The position numbers and the translations under genes were made by a program. This document shows, in pieces, positions 30,264 to 40,003 of a stretch of DNA of 64,000 bases. Numbering within the stretch: position 1 is the stretch's first letter; every line of letters begins with the position of its first letter. The notes beneath the pieces were generated by a model. The model worked only from the letters and a program-made list of their open reading frames with translations. It made no database searches and had not been told where the DNA came from. Source of the stretch: Candidatus Altimarinota bacterium (GTDB taxonomy: Bacteria > Patescibacteriota > Gracilibacteria > UBA1369); NCBI GenBank assembly GCA_963677745.1, contig OY782391.1:32001-96000 (forward strand). Reading direction: 5' to 3'.

Positions 30264-30306
30264 ATGAGCCCTTAAAAGCTCCGATACTAAATAACCCACA
30301 AAAAGA

Positions 30307-30969
30307 ATGGCAGACACAAGTCAGTCTCCCGTTGCTGGGGAACAACCCGATAGGGATTCCACCACCAAGGCAACAGGGAAAGACCAAGACGAAAGTCAGG
30401 CGGAAACCAACGCTAAAAACATGGTAGAGATCGACGGCGAAAAAGTCTCCCTGGACCAGGTAAAAGAATGGAAAAAGGGACACATGATGGAAGCCGACTA
30501 TCGCAGAAAGACCCAAGAACTAGCCGAAGCGAAAAGGGAAATTGCCCGAGCCAAACAGGCCGGGGAAACCTCCCCAAGAGCCAAGGAAATGGATCCAGAG
30601 GTCAAGAAAGCAATAGAGATTCTCAAGGAGGCAGGCATGGCCACGAAAGATGATCTGCTGGCAATGAAAATCCAGGAGGAGGACCAGAAAGCATTTAGAA
30701 AGCTTTTAAAGTCAAATCCTGAATTAATCCCCCATAAAAAAGCCCTACAACAAATCGGGCTTACCGATAACCGGGCATGGGAGGACATCGCCAAAGATTA
30801 TGGATTCCTCAAAGATTCCAAACTGGAAAAAGCCAAAGCCGCAAAGCCGATTACTGGGGCAAGAATGGTCCCGGGTTCAGAAACCAAAGCGGTGGACATC
30901 GCAAAGATGACGCCCAAGGAATACGAATCCTGGAAAAAACAAAATTTAGGAGCGCGAAAGTGGCAATAA
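30307..30969 (+). CDS. Capsid scaffolding protein
   Basis: Acidic disordered N-terminus, EIDGEKVSL...ADYRRKTQELAE and C-terminal MTPKEYE.W; precedes the capsid gene. Confidence 0.8.
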   Translation: MADTSQSPVAGEQPDRDSTTKATGKDQDESQAETNAKNMVEIDGEKVSLDQVKEWKKGHMMEADYRRKTQELAEAKREIARAKQAGETSPRAKEMDPEVKKAIEILKEAGMATKDDLLAMKIQEEDQKAFRKLLKSNPELIPHKKALQQIGLTDNRAWEDIAKDYGFLKDSKLEKAKAAKPITGARMVPGSETKAVDIAKMTPKEYESWKKQNLGARKWQ

Positions 30970-31020
30970 ACAGGCGAAAACTTAGGATAAAGATTTACTA
31001 AATAATTTTTATCTTACAAT

Positions 31021-32229
31021 ATGGCTAATACGCTATCTGATGGCTTCAAGACAGTCTGGGCCAAGGAATATGAAACAATATTCTACAAGCTGAACGTCGC
31101 AAAACAAGTTTGTGATATGAGCTTCAAACCAGATCTCGCAAAAGGAAACACCCTGAAAAGAGTTTACCGCTCCGATCAGTCCGGCAATCTCCAAACTTAC
31201 GTTCGGGGAACTGCAATCACAATCAATGATGTTACCGATACCGCCGAATCCCTCACAATTTCCGCTCAGTTCGCTGATGGAATTTACAGAGACGATTTCG
31301 ACGCTATCCAGGACAACTACGATTTCGCCGCTTCTTATGGTAAGGACATCGCTACCTATTGCTCAAACCAGCTCGATGCTGACGTTTTGGGCGACTGGGA
31401 TCAGGCGACTTCTACTGTTGATGATGGCTCAATCGGTGGTACGTCCGGCAATGGTATCACCCTGACAACTTCCAATGTTCTCAAGGTGGTCGCTGCTGCA
31501 AAAAAGAAACTCAAGAAACAAAATGTCCCTGCCACCGAATTATTCGGTGTAATTTCGCCAGAATTTGAACAGGTACTTATCGAATATGGTGCTGGCCGCG
31601 ACACCAAGATGGGCGACGATGCAAACGAAGGGGGTAAAATCCTGAAATTTTACGATTTCGATTTGTATGTCTCCAATATGCTCGGCACTTCTGCCGTGCT
31701 GCAAATGGCTTCCGATCCCGGAGCCGGTGAAACCGTTGTCATCAATGGCGTTACCTTTACTGCTGCCAATCCTATTGGTGCTGTTGCCGGTAACTTCCTT
31801 GTTGGTACGTCTGCCGACGCTTCGCGTTTGGCCCTCGCAACCTTGATAAATGCTCCTGGAACTACAACCGCCGGTGGTGTTGCCGTTTCCGCTGCAAATC
31901 AAAGAAAGCTCCGCAATTGCAAAGCTACTGACGATGCTGCTTTGAACACCATGACCCTTGATTACAAAGGCTTGGGCGTTCTGACAGTATCGGAAACTTT
32001 GGCTGCTGCTGCTGATATCTGGACCCCTGCATTACAGAAACAGCATTGTCTGTTTGGTCGTAAGGGTGCTATTACGGCCGTTGTCCAGAAAGATCCGACC
32101 CCGGAAGTGAAAGAAGTGTCCGACAAGCTCGGTAAAAACGTGCTGGTTGGCATTCTCTATGGTTGGAAAACTTATGCCGACGGAGCCAAGGAATTGGTCG
32201 ATGTCGCATTGGATTCCTCAGCGTTCTAA
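31021..32229 (+). CDS. Major capsid protein (P22 coat-like) with inserted domain
   Basis: Position after scaffold, MANTL start, GNTLK, G.I..FYDFDLYVSN and C-terminal LYGWKT. Confidence 0.85.
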   Translation: MANTLSDGFKTVWAKEYETIFYKLNVAKQVCDMSFKPDLAKGNTLKRVYRSDQSGNLQTYVRGTAITINDVTDTAESLTISAQFADGIYRDDFDAIQDNYDFAASYGKDIATYCSNQLDADVLGDWDQATSTVDDGSIGGTSGNGITLTTSNVLKVVAAAKKKLKKQNVPATELFGVISPEFEQVLIEYGAGRDTKMGDDANEGGKILKFYDFDLYVSNMLGTSAVLQMASDPGAGETVVINGVTFTAANPIGAVAGNFLVGTSADASRLALATLINAPGTTTAGGVAVSAANQRKLRNCKATDDAALNTMTLDYKGLGVLTVSETLAAAADIWTPALQKQHCLFGRKGAITAVVQKDPTPEVKEVSDKLGKNVLVGILYGWKTYADGAKELVDVALDSSAF

Positions 32230-32240
32230 TTATCAACCGA

Positions 32241-32272
32241 GTGAGGGGGCGTGATAGGACGCCCAGTCTCAC
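32241..32272 (+). promoter_or_regulatory. Intergenic hairpin with GATAGG loop
   Basis: GTGAG..GGGCGT-GATAGG-ACGCCC..CTCAC. Confidence 0.5.
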
Positions 32273-32289
32273 CTAACCAAAATAAATAT

Positions 32290-32739
32290 ATGGCTAAAGT
32301 TATCGGAACAGACGTCAAACTTGTCGGGAAAGCCGTTTTCAAGGCCAACGACAGATTTGTCACGTCCCCAGATGGTAGAGTTATGGGGGGCAAAATGACC
32401 GTCACCACCAAGGCGACGGCAACTGCCATCACCCTGACCGCTGCTGAGGTTTTAGGAGGTTTAATCCTCCAGGATCCAGCCGGCGGAGCCTGCACGACCA
32501 ATCTCCCAACAGCGGCTTTATTGTCTGCTGCCCTGGGGGGGGCGGTTGCTGGCGATTCAGTTGAATTCACCATCAGGAATACCGCTGATGCTGGCGAGAC
32601 CATTACTGTTGCTGCCGGAACAGGTGGCGGCACTTCTGGGACTATGACCATCGCTCAAAGCAACACCAAGCGTTTTGTGATTATATTCACTTCCAAAAGT
32701 GCATATACAGTCTATTCGCTCGGTACGATTGTTCATTAG
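32290..32739 (+). CDS. Capsid decoration-like protein
   Basis: TLTAAEVLGGLI...NLPTAA...FTIRN..ITVAAGTG beta-rich protein after the capsid gene. Confidence 0.6.
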   Translation: MAKVIGTDVKLVGKAVFKANDRFVTSPDGRVMGGKMTVTTKATATAITLTAAEVLGGLILQDPAGGACTTNLPTAALLSAALGGAVAGDSVEFTIRNTADAGETITVAAGTGGGTSGTMTIAQSNTKRFVIIFTSKSAYTVYSLGTIVH

Positions 32740-32802
32740 TTTGCAATGGAGGGGGCTTAAAAAAGCCCTTTCCTTGGAGGCTAATCACTAATCAAAAAAA
32801 AC

Positions 32803-33168
32803 ATGGCAGATGATTACAAAATAATGAAAGTTTGGCACAAAGAACGCCAGGCGGAAATGTGGATCAAGGATTTCGCTTTTAATCCTGAAATTCACAAAAA
32901 ATTAAGCGAACTTTTCCCGAAAGATCACATTTACACCGTCCAAATGGAGGCTCTAAATGCAAAGCTCAAAAAATCACTTGAAAGCGAACAAAAACCAGTA
33001 CATAGTGAGCCCGTACAGCAAGAAACGGCTGAAACTCCCGACTACGAAAAAATGAAAATGCCCGATTTAAGGGCTTTGGCAAAATCATTGGGAATCAAGA
33101 CCCAATTCACGGACAAGAAAACAGACATTTTGGCGAAAATTAAGGATACAAACGCAACTAATCCTTAA
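32803..33168 (+). CDS. Protein with C-terminal Rho-N/HeH-like domain
   Basis: YEKMKMPDLRALAKSLGIK...KKTDILAKI. Confidence 0.6.
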   Translation: MADDYKIMKVWHKERQAEMWIKDFAFNPEIHKKLSELFPKDHIYTVQMEALNAKLKKSLESEQKPVHSEPVQQETAETPDYEKMKMPDLRALAKSLGIKTQFTDKKTDILAKIKDTNATNP

Positions 33169-33180
33169 TCCAAGTCAACA

Positions 33181-33966
33181 ATGTATATTGAAAAGTTCCA
33201 AAACGTAAACGGATCAACAATAGCGGTCACGGGAACGGCGACCAATATCTTTGATTTAATCAATACGGCCCAAGCCACCACCCTTACCAACGCAGGGTTT
33301 TCAAGCGGCGTAAATGCAATCACAATCCAGCCGGCAGGGGGCGATATTCGGGTCACTTTTGATGGCACGACCCCGACAGCGACGGCCGGTTTTCTGATTA
33401 AAGGTAATTCGACTGTTTATCTGCCAAATATTCCATTAAAAGCCCTCAAATTAATTCGAACGGGTGGATCCAATGTGAGCTGTTCAATTTTGGTTGGTAA
33501 ATCTGATATGGGCGAAAGTATGTCGGTCAGTACGCCCCAATCTGGACCCCAAACAGTCATTCGGGCGGCTGCAAATTTACCTCAAACAGCCCAGACCCCT
33601 TATTTTACAGTTACCGGGGGCAGATGCAGAATCAAGATCTATGGTGAGGTGACGACAATTGTCGAAAATACCGGGGCGGTAAATATCGATCTTTGGTCCA
33701 ATCCGGCAAACGGCACGGCAGACGCGGCTTTGTGCGCTGTTGTAAATGCTGCCAACGCTGCTGTTGGAAGCTCAATAAACATCACCGGGACGCCTGCAAA
33801 TGCGGCAATTATCAATCCATCAAGTACAGTTTTGGACCAGGCAGATTGGGTTGTTGTCCCAGCCGGAACAATTGACCTCAAGACCTCAGCATCAAAAACA
33901 GGCGCGACAAAGTGGGTTGTTCAATATGAGCCCATCGACGTTGGAGCGAGCATTGCAGCCGCTTAA
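33181..33966 (+). CDS. Putative virion structural protein (two beta-rich domains)
   Basis: T/A/G-rich; IRVTFDGTTPTATAGFLI motif; located in the head module. Confidence 0.55.
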   Translation: MYIEKFQNVNGSTIAVTGTATNIFDLINTAQATTLTNAGFSSGVNAITIQPAGGDIRVTFDGTTPTATAGFLIKGNSTVYLPNIPLKALKLIRTGGSNVSCSILVGKSDMGESMSVSTPQSGPQTVIRAAANLPQTAQTPYFTVTGGRCRIKIYGEVTTIVENTGAVNIDLWSNPANGTADAALCAVVNAANAAVGSSINITGTPANAAIINPSSTVLDQADWVVVPAGTIDLKTSASKTGATKWVVQYEPIDVGASIAAA

Positions 33967-33985
33967 ATTTAACTAAATTCGTCCA

Positions 33986-34213
33986 ATGGATAACCAAACA
34001 ACCGTCCAAAGAATCCTGAGATCCGAGCTGTCCTTTTACGGGACGATTATCGCTGCTGTTATCTCGATTGCCGCCTTTTATTTTGGGGTGACAAATCAGA
34101 TAAATTTAATTGCCCAAAAGCTTGACACTCACCTTGAGGCAACAGCTTATATGCCGCTTAAACTAACGGAAATTGGCGAAAAGGTGGCGGTACTTATTAA
34201 CCAAAATAAATGA
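33986..34213 (+). CDS. Small single-TM protein (holin-like?)
   Basis: One TM helix plus a short coiled coil. Confidence 0.5.
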   Translation: MDNQTTVQRILRSELSFYGTIIAAVISIAAFYFGVTNQINLIAQKLDTHLEATAYMPLKLTEIGEKVAVLINQNK

Positions 34214-34428
34214 GCCATCAGCGACTAAATGAATATCTCTACGATTTGGAGCGCGTCGAGGACGTCAGAAACAAACTTCCACCAGGCGACAGACGCGGCG
34301 AAGTGGATAAAGTCACAAGGCGGATCCGGGAAATGATCTGCGAGGCTGACGGGGCAATAAGTCAGCACCGAAACGTCGAAAATATGCTGGCGCGCATCAG
34401 AAACTTAATAAATATCGTCTTAAAATGA
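34210..34428 (+). CDS. Phage hypothetical protein
   Basis: ATGA overlaps on both sides. Confidence 0.6.
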   Translation: MSHQRLNEYLYDLERVEDVRNKLPPGDRRGEVDKVTRRIREMICEADGAISQHRNVENMLARIRNLINIVLK

Positions 34429-35087
34429 GCACATTATCAAGTCTGGTTTCAGACCTCAGGAATTACATAAAATCGGACCCCAACGATAAAATTTGGGGAA
34501 GTGCAATAAAAGAATCGGCGATAAATTCCGCTTATTTCCAGATCCAGAAAGACGGAGGTTTCAGATGGCCCCAGAATGAAGCGTCAACAACTCAAGTCAC
34601 AGTCGGAGGAACGGCGGAATATGCTTTGCCAACCGACTTTATCAGGCTAGAAATGGTCCAGTTTTCCGATACTTTGGGGCAACTCACCCCGACGACAAAA
34701 CAGGCTGCCATGAGAAATGGCACGACCAGCCAGGGCAGACCATCAAATTACTATCTTTGGAATCAGAAACTTGGCTTTTATTCTACCCCGGACACGGCCT
34801 ACCCGGCAAACATTTTATACCGAAAACGCCTGGCGACATTAACCGGCGTCCAGGATTCACTTTTTCCGTCCGATTTCGATAACGCGATCGTCCGATATGC
34901 GGCTTATATCCTTTGGTCAACGACCAAAAACCAGCCCAAAACAGGGCAGGCGTTGGACGATTACCGCCTGATGTTGGGAATGTTAAAAGACGCTTATTTA
35001 TATCAAGACACCGCCATGATTTCATTCCCTTATCAACGGGGAGTGTCCAGGCGGAATAAATTTGACCCCAAAATACTAGATGCGTAA
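34425..35087 (+). CDS. Head-tail adaptor (tail tubular protein A-like)
   Basis: TL..L...LR, GTAEYALPTDF, GRP..Y, .PD.AY and AIVRYAAY pattern. Confidence 0.75.
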   Translation: MSTLSSLVSDLRNYIKSDPNDKIWGSAIKESAINSAYFQIQKDGGFRWPQNEASTTQVTVGGTAEYALPTDFIRLEMVQFSDTLGQLTPTTKQAAMRNGTTSQGRPSNYYLWNQKLGFYSTPDTAYPANILYRKRLATLTGVQDSLFPSDFDNAIVRYAAYILWSTTKNQPKTGQALDDYRLMLGMLKDAYLYQDTAMISFPYQRGVSRRNKFDPKILDA

Positions 35088-37140
35088 AGTTTTCGACAAT
35101 TTGATCGGGGGACTTTCCAAAAGAGAGCCTCAACTTGTTGGAGACAACCAGTTTGTTGAGCTCCAAAACTTTTTTTATAACCAAGATAAAAGGCTCCAAA
35201 CACGTTACGGATATATGCGCTATTTCCCGATCGTTCCCGATACTTGCGTTCAGGTCGATTCGGTTGATGCGATTTCCGATTATGTCGCTTCCGATGATGC
35301 AACCAACGTGGTCACGGGCGCACCAATCCGGGGGGCCGGATCCCTGAGTTTCGACATAGACGTGAGTTTGTCGGCTACTGACCAGGCGACGGTCACCAAA
35401 TCCACCCTAGCGGTGAATATTTCCGCTGCCAAAGACTATTTCGGAATGTGGGTTAATGTCCCAACCGGGTTTAATACCAATTTGACTGCTGTTAAATACA
35501 GGCTCGGATCTGATGCCGCCAATTACTACGAATGGACCTTGCCGGCAATTACTGAGGCGACCAGCCAATATTTAAAACTGAATTTCAGCGCGGCGACAGT
35601 TGTCGGGACGCCGGTTGACGCTGCCATCACTTATGAACGCTTCCAAATGACGTATTCGGCCGGGTATTTGGATCAACTCGGGATCAGGTTTGATGCGTTA
35701 ATCTGCTATTCAGCCAGCTACAACAAGCCGGTTACCAGTTATTTTTTCAACAGGGACGAGGCCAGCGGAACAAATATCACAATTTGCGTTGCCGGTGACA
35801 ATATGTTTCTTTTTAACGAGGCGAATTTGTGCTGGGAAAGAATCCAGTCGAGCCTTAGCCAGTTTGAAACGGCGGTCGGAAAAACAACCCATCGCACACG
35901 TTGGGAATTTTTCGCTTATAACGGGTCCGGGACAATGGAGGTCGGAATGTGTAATGGCATCGATGATTATCGCGTCTGGGACGGTGTAACGGTTACCAGC
36001 TATCCGGCAATGCCTAAATGCCGATATTTTCTGGTATTTGAGGACACTATTTTCGGGGCCGGAGCAGACGCCAACCCATTGACTGTTTATTACACAAACG
36101 CCAACCCTGCCAACGCCCAAACAATTAATACCAACAATGTCGATGCCGGAAACGAGGCCGATGGACGGATTAACGGACTTTTCCCCTTGGCCCAGTCGGT
36201 GATGATCGGCAAGACGGAAAGAATTTACTATTATGACGCTGTAAATGCTGTCTGCCTTCCCCTGGATTCCCAAAATGGAATGTTTAGCCAAAGAGCAATC
36301 AGAGAAGTTGGCAACGGAATCCTTTTACAAACAAAATCGGGAGTTGATAATTTGGCCCAAAAAAGAGCGGTGACTGGAGCGGCGGCAGTTGAAAGCGAGG
36401 GTTATTCCAGCGATCTTGAAAGCTTTTTTAACTCGATTTTATACAACAATTTAAACGCCAGTTCAGGGCTTTACATAAAGGAAAACAATAATTATCACAT
36501 AAGCATAGATACGGACGGGGACAATAAGCCCGACAGGACTTTGGTTTATAGCTCGCTGATTGGGAAAACTTGGTCGCAATACATTTACCCGTCGGCCTAT
36601 ACCTACGGAGTTTATATCGACCCGACCAATTCCTACCATTATTTGATGTGTTCGGCGACCGCTGGGCTTATCTGGGAAGTGGAAAGCGGCTGGGACGATG
36701 ACGGATCCCCAATAAACTTCTGGTTTAAGACCAAAGAGCATAATTTCCAGACCCCTTATGATTGGAAAGATTTTGAGGCAGTAACCCTTTCAGGACTGAA
36801 AAATATCGGGTCCGAAATGCTGATCGACGTTTTGGTTGATGGCGAGATTTTGTATTCCGCAACGCTGGACGATTCGTTTTTGACCTCAACCAGCTCGGCC
36901 GTCACCATCGGAAGTCACCCGATTGGACTTGAAACCGTTGGTGGGGGATTGGCAGAGAGCCCGGAGGTCGCATTATACCCATATAAGATGCGATTGGGGG
37001 CGGAATTGTTCGCGTCTGGGCAAACTATCCAGATTCAAGGGACATCGGATTCTAAACCGCTTGTTTTGACTTTAGACAGAATTGAGGTCAAATACCAAAA
37101 CACTACCGATGATATGTTTCCGGCAATAAATTTCGCATAG
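35080..37140 (+). CDS. Tail nozzle / P22 gp10-like stabilisation protein
   Basis: GGL start, beta-propeller-like repeats and WDDDGSPI...KTK; follows the adaptor. Confidence 0.7.
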   Translation: MRKVFDNLIGGLSKREPQLVGDNQFVELQNFFYNQDKRLQTRYGYMRYFPIVPDTCVQVDSVDAISDYVASDDATNVVTGAPIRGAGSLSFDIDVSLSATDQATVTKSTLAVNISAAKDYFGMWVNVPTGFNTNLTAVKYRLGSDAANYYEWTLPAITEATSQYLKLNFSAATVVGTPVDAAITYERFQMTYSAGYLDQLGIRFDALICYSASYNKPVTSYFFNRDEASGTNITICVAGDNMFLFNEANLCWERIQSSLSQFETAVGKTTHRTRWEFFAYNGSGTMEVGMCNGIDDYRVWDGVTVTSYPAMPKCRYFLVFEDTIFGAGADANPLTVYYTNANPANAQTINTNNVDAGNEADGRINGLFPLAQSVMIGKTERIYYYDAVNAVCLPLDSQNGMFSQRAIREVGNGILLQTKSGVDNLAQKRAVTGAAAVESEGYSSDLESFFNSILYNNLNASSGLYIKENNNYHISIDTDGDNKPDRTLVYSSLIGKTWSQYIYPSAYTYGVYIDPTNSYHYLMCSATAGLIWEVESGWDDDGSPINFWFKTKEHNFQTPYDWKDFEAVTLSGLKNIGSEMLIDVLVDGEILYSATLDDSFLTSTSSAVTIGSHPIGLETVGGGLAESPEVALYPYKMRLGAELFASGQTIQIQGTSDSKPLVLTLDRIEVKYQNTTDDMFPAINFA

Positions 37141-37148
37141 ATTTTCCC

Positions 37149-37194
37149 TAGACAATGGGGAAAAAGATAGTATCTTCACGAGATAGGCGCAGGG
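37149..37194 (+). promoter_or_regulatory. Conserved phage promoter, copy 2 (tail fibre)
   Basis: TAGACA-N16-TATCTT-N9-GGCGCAGGG. Confidence 0.65.
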
Positions 37195-37210
37195 ATAAAA
37201 ATTCGATAAA

Positions 37211-39664
37211 ATGGCAGTAACAATTCCTTTGGAGGACAATTACGAGGCAATATTGACCCAAGCCCTCGCCGCCGATGCCGCATCGCTGACAGTTTACGTC
37301 TCAAAAACGCCTGTTTGCACAATCCCGGCCGGAAAAGAGGTCGTTATCACAATCGACCCGGGCAGGGGATTTTTATATCAAGAAAATTGTTTGATGGAAT
37401 CTTATGATGCCGTCAATAAAACAATCACACTCAAAACAGCCGGACGTGCGGTCGCCAGGTATGCCGGAGATACAGCTACGGCTTTGCCCCATGCTGTTGG
37501 AGCTAAAATTATCATTTCCGACAATTACTGGGTTTGGGAAAATACCAATGATTATTTGCCCCTTGCCGGCGGAATAATGACCGGGCCAATTCAATTCGGC
37601 GATGCTCTAACCCAGATCCGCCATGATGCCGGCGATATGAAATTCAAATCTGATTCACAGGCCGAGGTTACACTTTCCCAGTTGGCCAGCGGCGCAGGCG
37701 TAAACGACAAAACCAAGGTAAGCGCGGCCGATACTACGGAGGGATATTTATTCAGCAAACTGGCGTTTTCGCTTGGTTTGTCCGGGACGATTTTAAACCC
37801 GGGGGCGAATGAATCTTATCAGATCGGAATCGACACGACCGAGCCAACTTTATTTTCACAAACAGGCGCGGCAAATAAAGTCCCAGTTGGAACACCCAGC
37901 GGTTTGTTGGATCCGTCTTGGATTCCCCAAGAAAACCCTGAAACTGGTGTCTCTGGCAATGTTATTACTGACAAAGAAATACTGAATATTTCCAATTCTA
38001 GCGGTAGAATGGAAGGAACGGACGCGGACGCCATCGCAACGGCAGCCGGATTTATTGGGATCGCCAATAGCGCGGCCGGGGGTGCTGATGTAAGTTTAAA
38101 TTATACGCCTTTCGGCCCAGTTGTTGATATCCCTACGCTGGCAATGGCTGAATATGCAAACGGCGTTTTAACTGCCGCAACTCCAACAAACGTCGTGGAG
38201 GACATTGATACCGATGCCCCTACTGCAATTGCCGAAAGAAGAGCGCAGACATTTACTACTGCAAATAACACCTGGGAGGATAACATCGCCACAGTTTCCT
38301 TACAGCTTACCAAAACTGGTGCGCCATCGGGTAATTCAATTGTCAGGCTTCACGCTACATCGGGCGGACTTCCGATCTCCCGTGTCGCAAATGAAAGCCA
38401 GGCTGCAAGCGACACCGCCGATGCTGTTGCAAACTCAGCCCATTGGAGGGCTCAGACCTTTACCCCTACCGTCGGAGGTTATCTTTCTGATGTCGATATA
38501 TATTTAACGAAAGTTGGTTCGCCTGGTGGAAATTCTACTGTCACTTTAACCGCTGTTGCTGCTGGTGTCCCAACTGGTGCGGCCTTAGCTACCGCAACGG
38601 TCCGGGCAAATTCGGGAATTGCAACGGGGACCATTACCTTTACTTTCCCAACGCCTTATTTACTGGTTGCAGGGACTACCTATGCCATTGTTCATTCACC
38701 CGGAACTGTATCGGCTGGCAACACTTTGTCCTGGGACTATCAGAATTCTGATGCTTATGCTGGTGGAAATTCTGCCTATTCAACCAATTCAGGGGGGGCT
38801 TGGACCGCAAGTGCCTATGATCGGAGGTTTACAGTTTACACCAATGGGGAATTGGGGAGGGCAACAGTTGCCAACGCCTCAATTGCTACTGGAATTAATC
38901 TATTTACGTTCGCGACACCCGTCGCTGTTTCTGCAAATACTGTTTACGCGCTTGTTTATGAAGCTGGCGGAACTTCTGCCGGTAATGTGGTTGCCTGGGA
39001 TTATAAAAACGGCGATGTTTACGCAGGCGGACAATCCGCAAAATCAACCGATTCGGGTCAGAATTGGACTGCCGAAGCTGGTTATGACCGCTGGTTTAGA
39101 ATGCAATATGGTGCGATTTACGGGCTTCCGGCTTTTGTAAGTACGGCAACTGGTGGATTAACACTTTTACCTGCCGCTACTGGGTCGGGAGATTTCAATC
39201 GCAGAATCGGATTTATGGTAAGTAACAACAAACTGCTATTAAGTGCCGGAATTCAGCACATTTACGCTACTTTTAATTTTACCGCCGATGCGCCGGCTAC
39301 TGTTGATACAGAAATTACAATTGGATTTAGGCCAATGATGATTTTTGCAAGTGGACGAAATGGGGCAGGGACGACCGTTACAAATGGCTCAATGGGACAT
39401 TGGATGCAGGGTGGAAGTTCAATGTCTTTGGAAAACAAGGGAACTTTCATCTCTGCCAATGGGGCCAGTCAGTTTTTTGGATATGCTACTGGGAGCCTTT
39501 TATATTTTGACAACGACAGTAACCCAGCGGCAGCAAATTTTATCTATGTCACCATGACCGTCCAGGCAACTTCTGCCAATACCGTTACAATTCGGAGAGT
39601 GGTTACAGAGGACACGGCAGGCTCAATGACGCCCTATATTTATCTACACATAATCGGTTGGTAA
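37211..39664 (+). CDS. Tail fibre/spike with nested duplicated beta-sandwich domain
   Basis: N-terminal HAVGA anchor and YLPLAGG.MTG; two homologous AQTFT...YDR.F domains. Confidence 0.75.
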   Translation: MAVTIPLEDNYEAILTQALAADAASLTVYVSKTPVCTIPAGKEVVITIDPGRGFLYQENCLMESYDAVNKTITLKTAGRAVARYAGDTATALPHAVGAKIIISDNYWVWENTNDYLPLAGGIMTGPIQFGDALTQIRHDAGDMKFKSDSQAEVTLSQLASGAGVNDKTKVSAADTTEGYLFSKLAFSLGLSGTILNPGANESYQIGIDTTEPTLFSQTGAANKVPVGTPSGLLDPSWIPQENPETGVSGNVITDKEILNISNSSGRMEGTDADAIATAAGFIGIANSAAGGADVSLNYTPFGPVVDIPTLAMAEYANGVLTAATPTNVVEDIDTDAPTAIAERRAQTFTTANNTWEDNIATVSLQLTKTGAPSGNSIVRLHATSGGLPISRVANESQAASDTADAVANSAHWRAQTFTPTVGGYLSDVDIYLTKVGSPGGNSTVTLTAVAAGVPTGAALATATVRANSGIATGTITFTFPTPYLLVAGTTYAIVHSPGTVSAGNTLSWDYQNSDAYAGGNSAYSTNSGGAWTASAYDRRFTVYTNGELGRATVANASIATGINLFTFATPVAVSANTVYALVYEAGGTSAGNVVAWDYKNGDVYAGGQSAKSTDSGQNWTAEAGYDRWFRMQYGAIYGLPAFVSTATGGLTLLPAATGSGDFNRRIGFMVSNNKLLLSAGIQHIYATFNFTADAPATVDTEITIGFRPMMIFASGRNGAGTTVTNGSMGHWMQGGSSMSLENKGTFISANGASQFFGYATGSLLYFDNDSNPAAANFIYVTMTVQATSANTVTIRRVVTEDTAGSMTPYIYLHIIGW

Positions 39665-39665
39665 T

Positions 39666-40001
39666 ATGAAACAATACTTTGCAAAACACAAAAACGGAAA
39701 CATCACGGTCTGTAACTGGCCTATCAAAGAAACAGGGGCTGATTCTTACGAATTTGAGATCAACGAACTGGATCTAAAAGACGTCCAAAATGGCGAGAAG
39801 GATTGGCGCATCGAGGGTGGAAAGTTGACGGTTGTTGCATCAACCAGAAAGGCAGACTTTTTAGCCGCCCAGAAAGCGGCTCAAGATGCTCAAATTACCA
39901 TGGAGGAACAGGAAAAAAATCGGAAATTAGAGCTTGTCCAAAAGATTACCGAAGGGAAGGCAAGCCCAGCAGAACAACAAGAATTCGTTAATTTAATCTA
40001 A
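39666..40001 (+). CDS. Putative tail fibre assembly chaperone
   Basis: Small protein directly after the fibre; WRIEGGKL followed by a helical C-terminus. Confidence 0.5.
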   Translation: MKQYFAKHKNGNITVCNWPIKETGADSYEFEINELDLKDVQNGEKDWRIEGGKLTVVASTRKADFLAAQKAAQDAQITMEEQEKNRKLELVQKITEGKASPAEQQEFVNLI

Positions 40002-40003
40002 AA

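Noticed and set aside
37211-39664. Diversity-generating retroelement target in the tail fibre
   Set aside because: No reverse transcriptase and no near-identical template/variable repeat pair seen; the internal similarity is at the diverged protein level.
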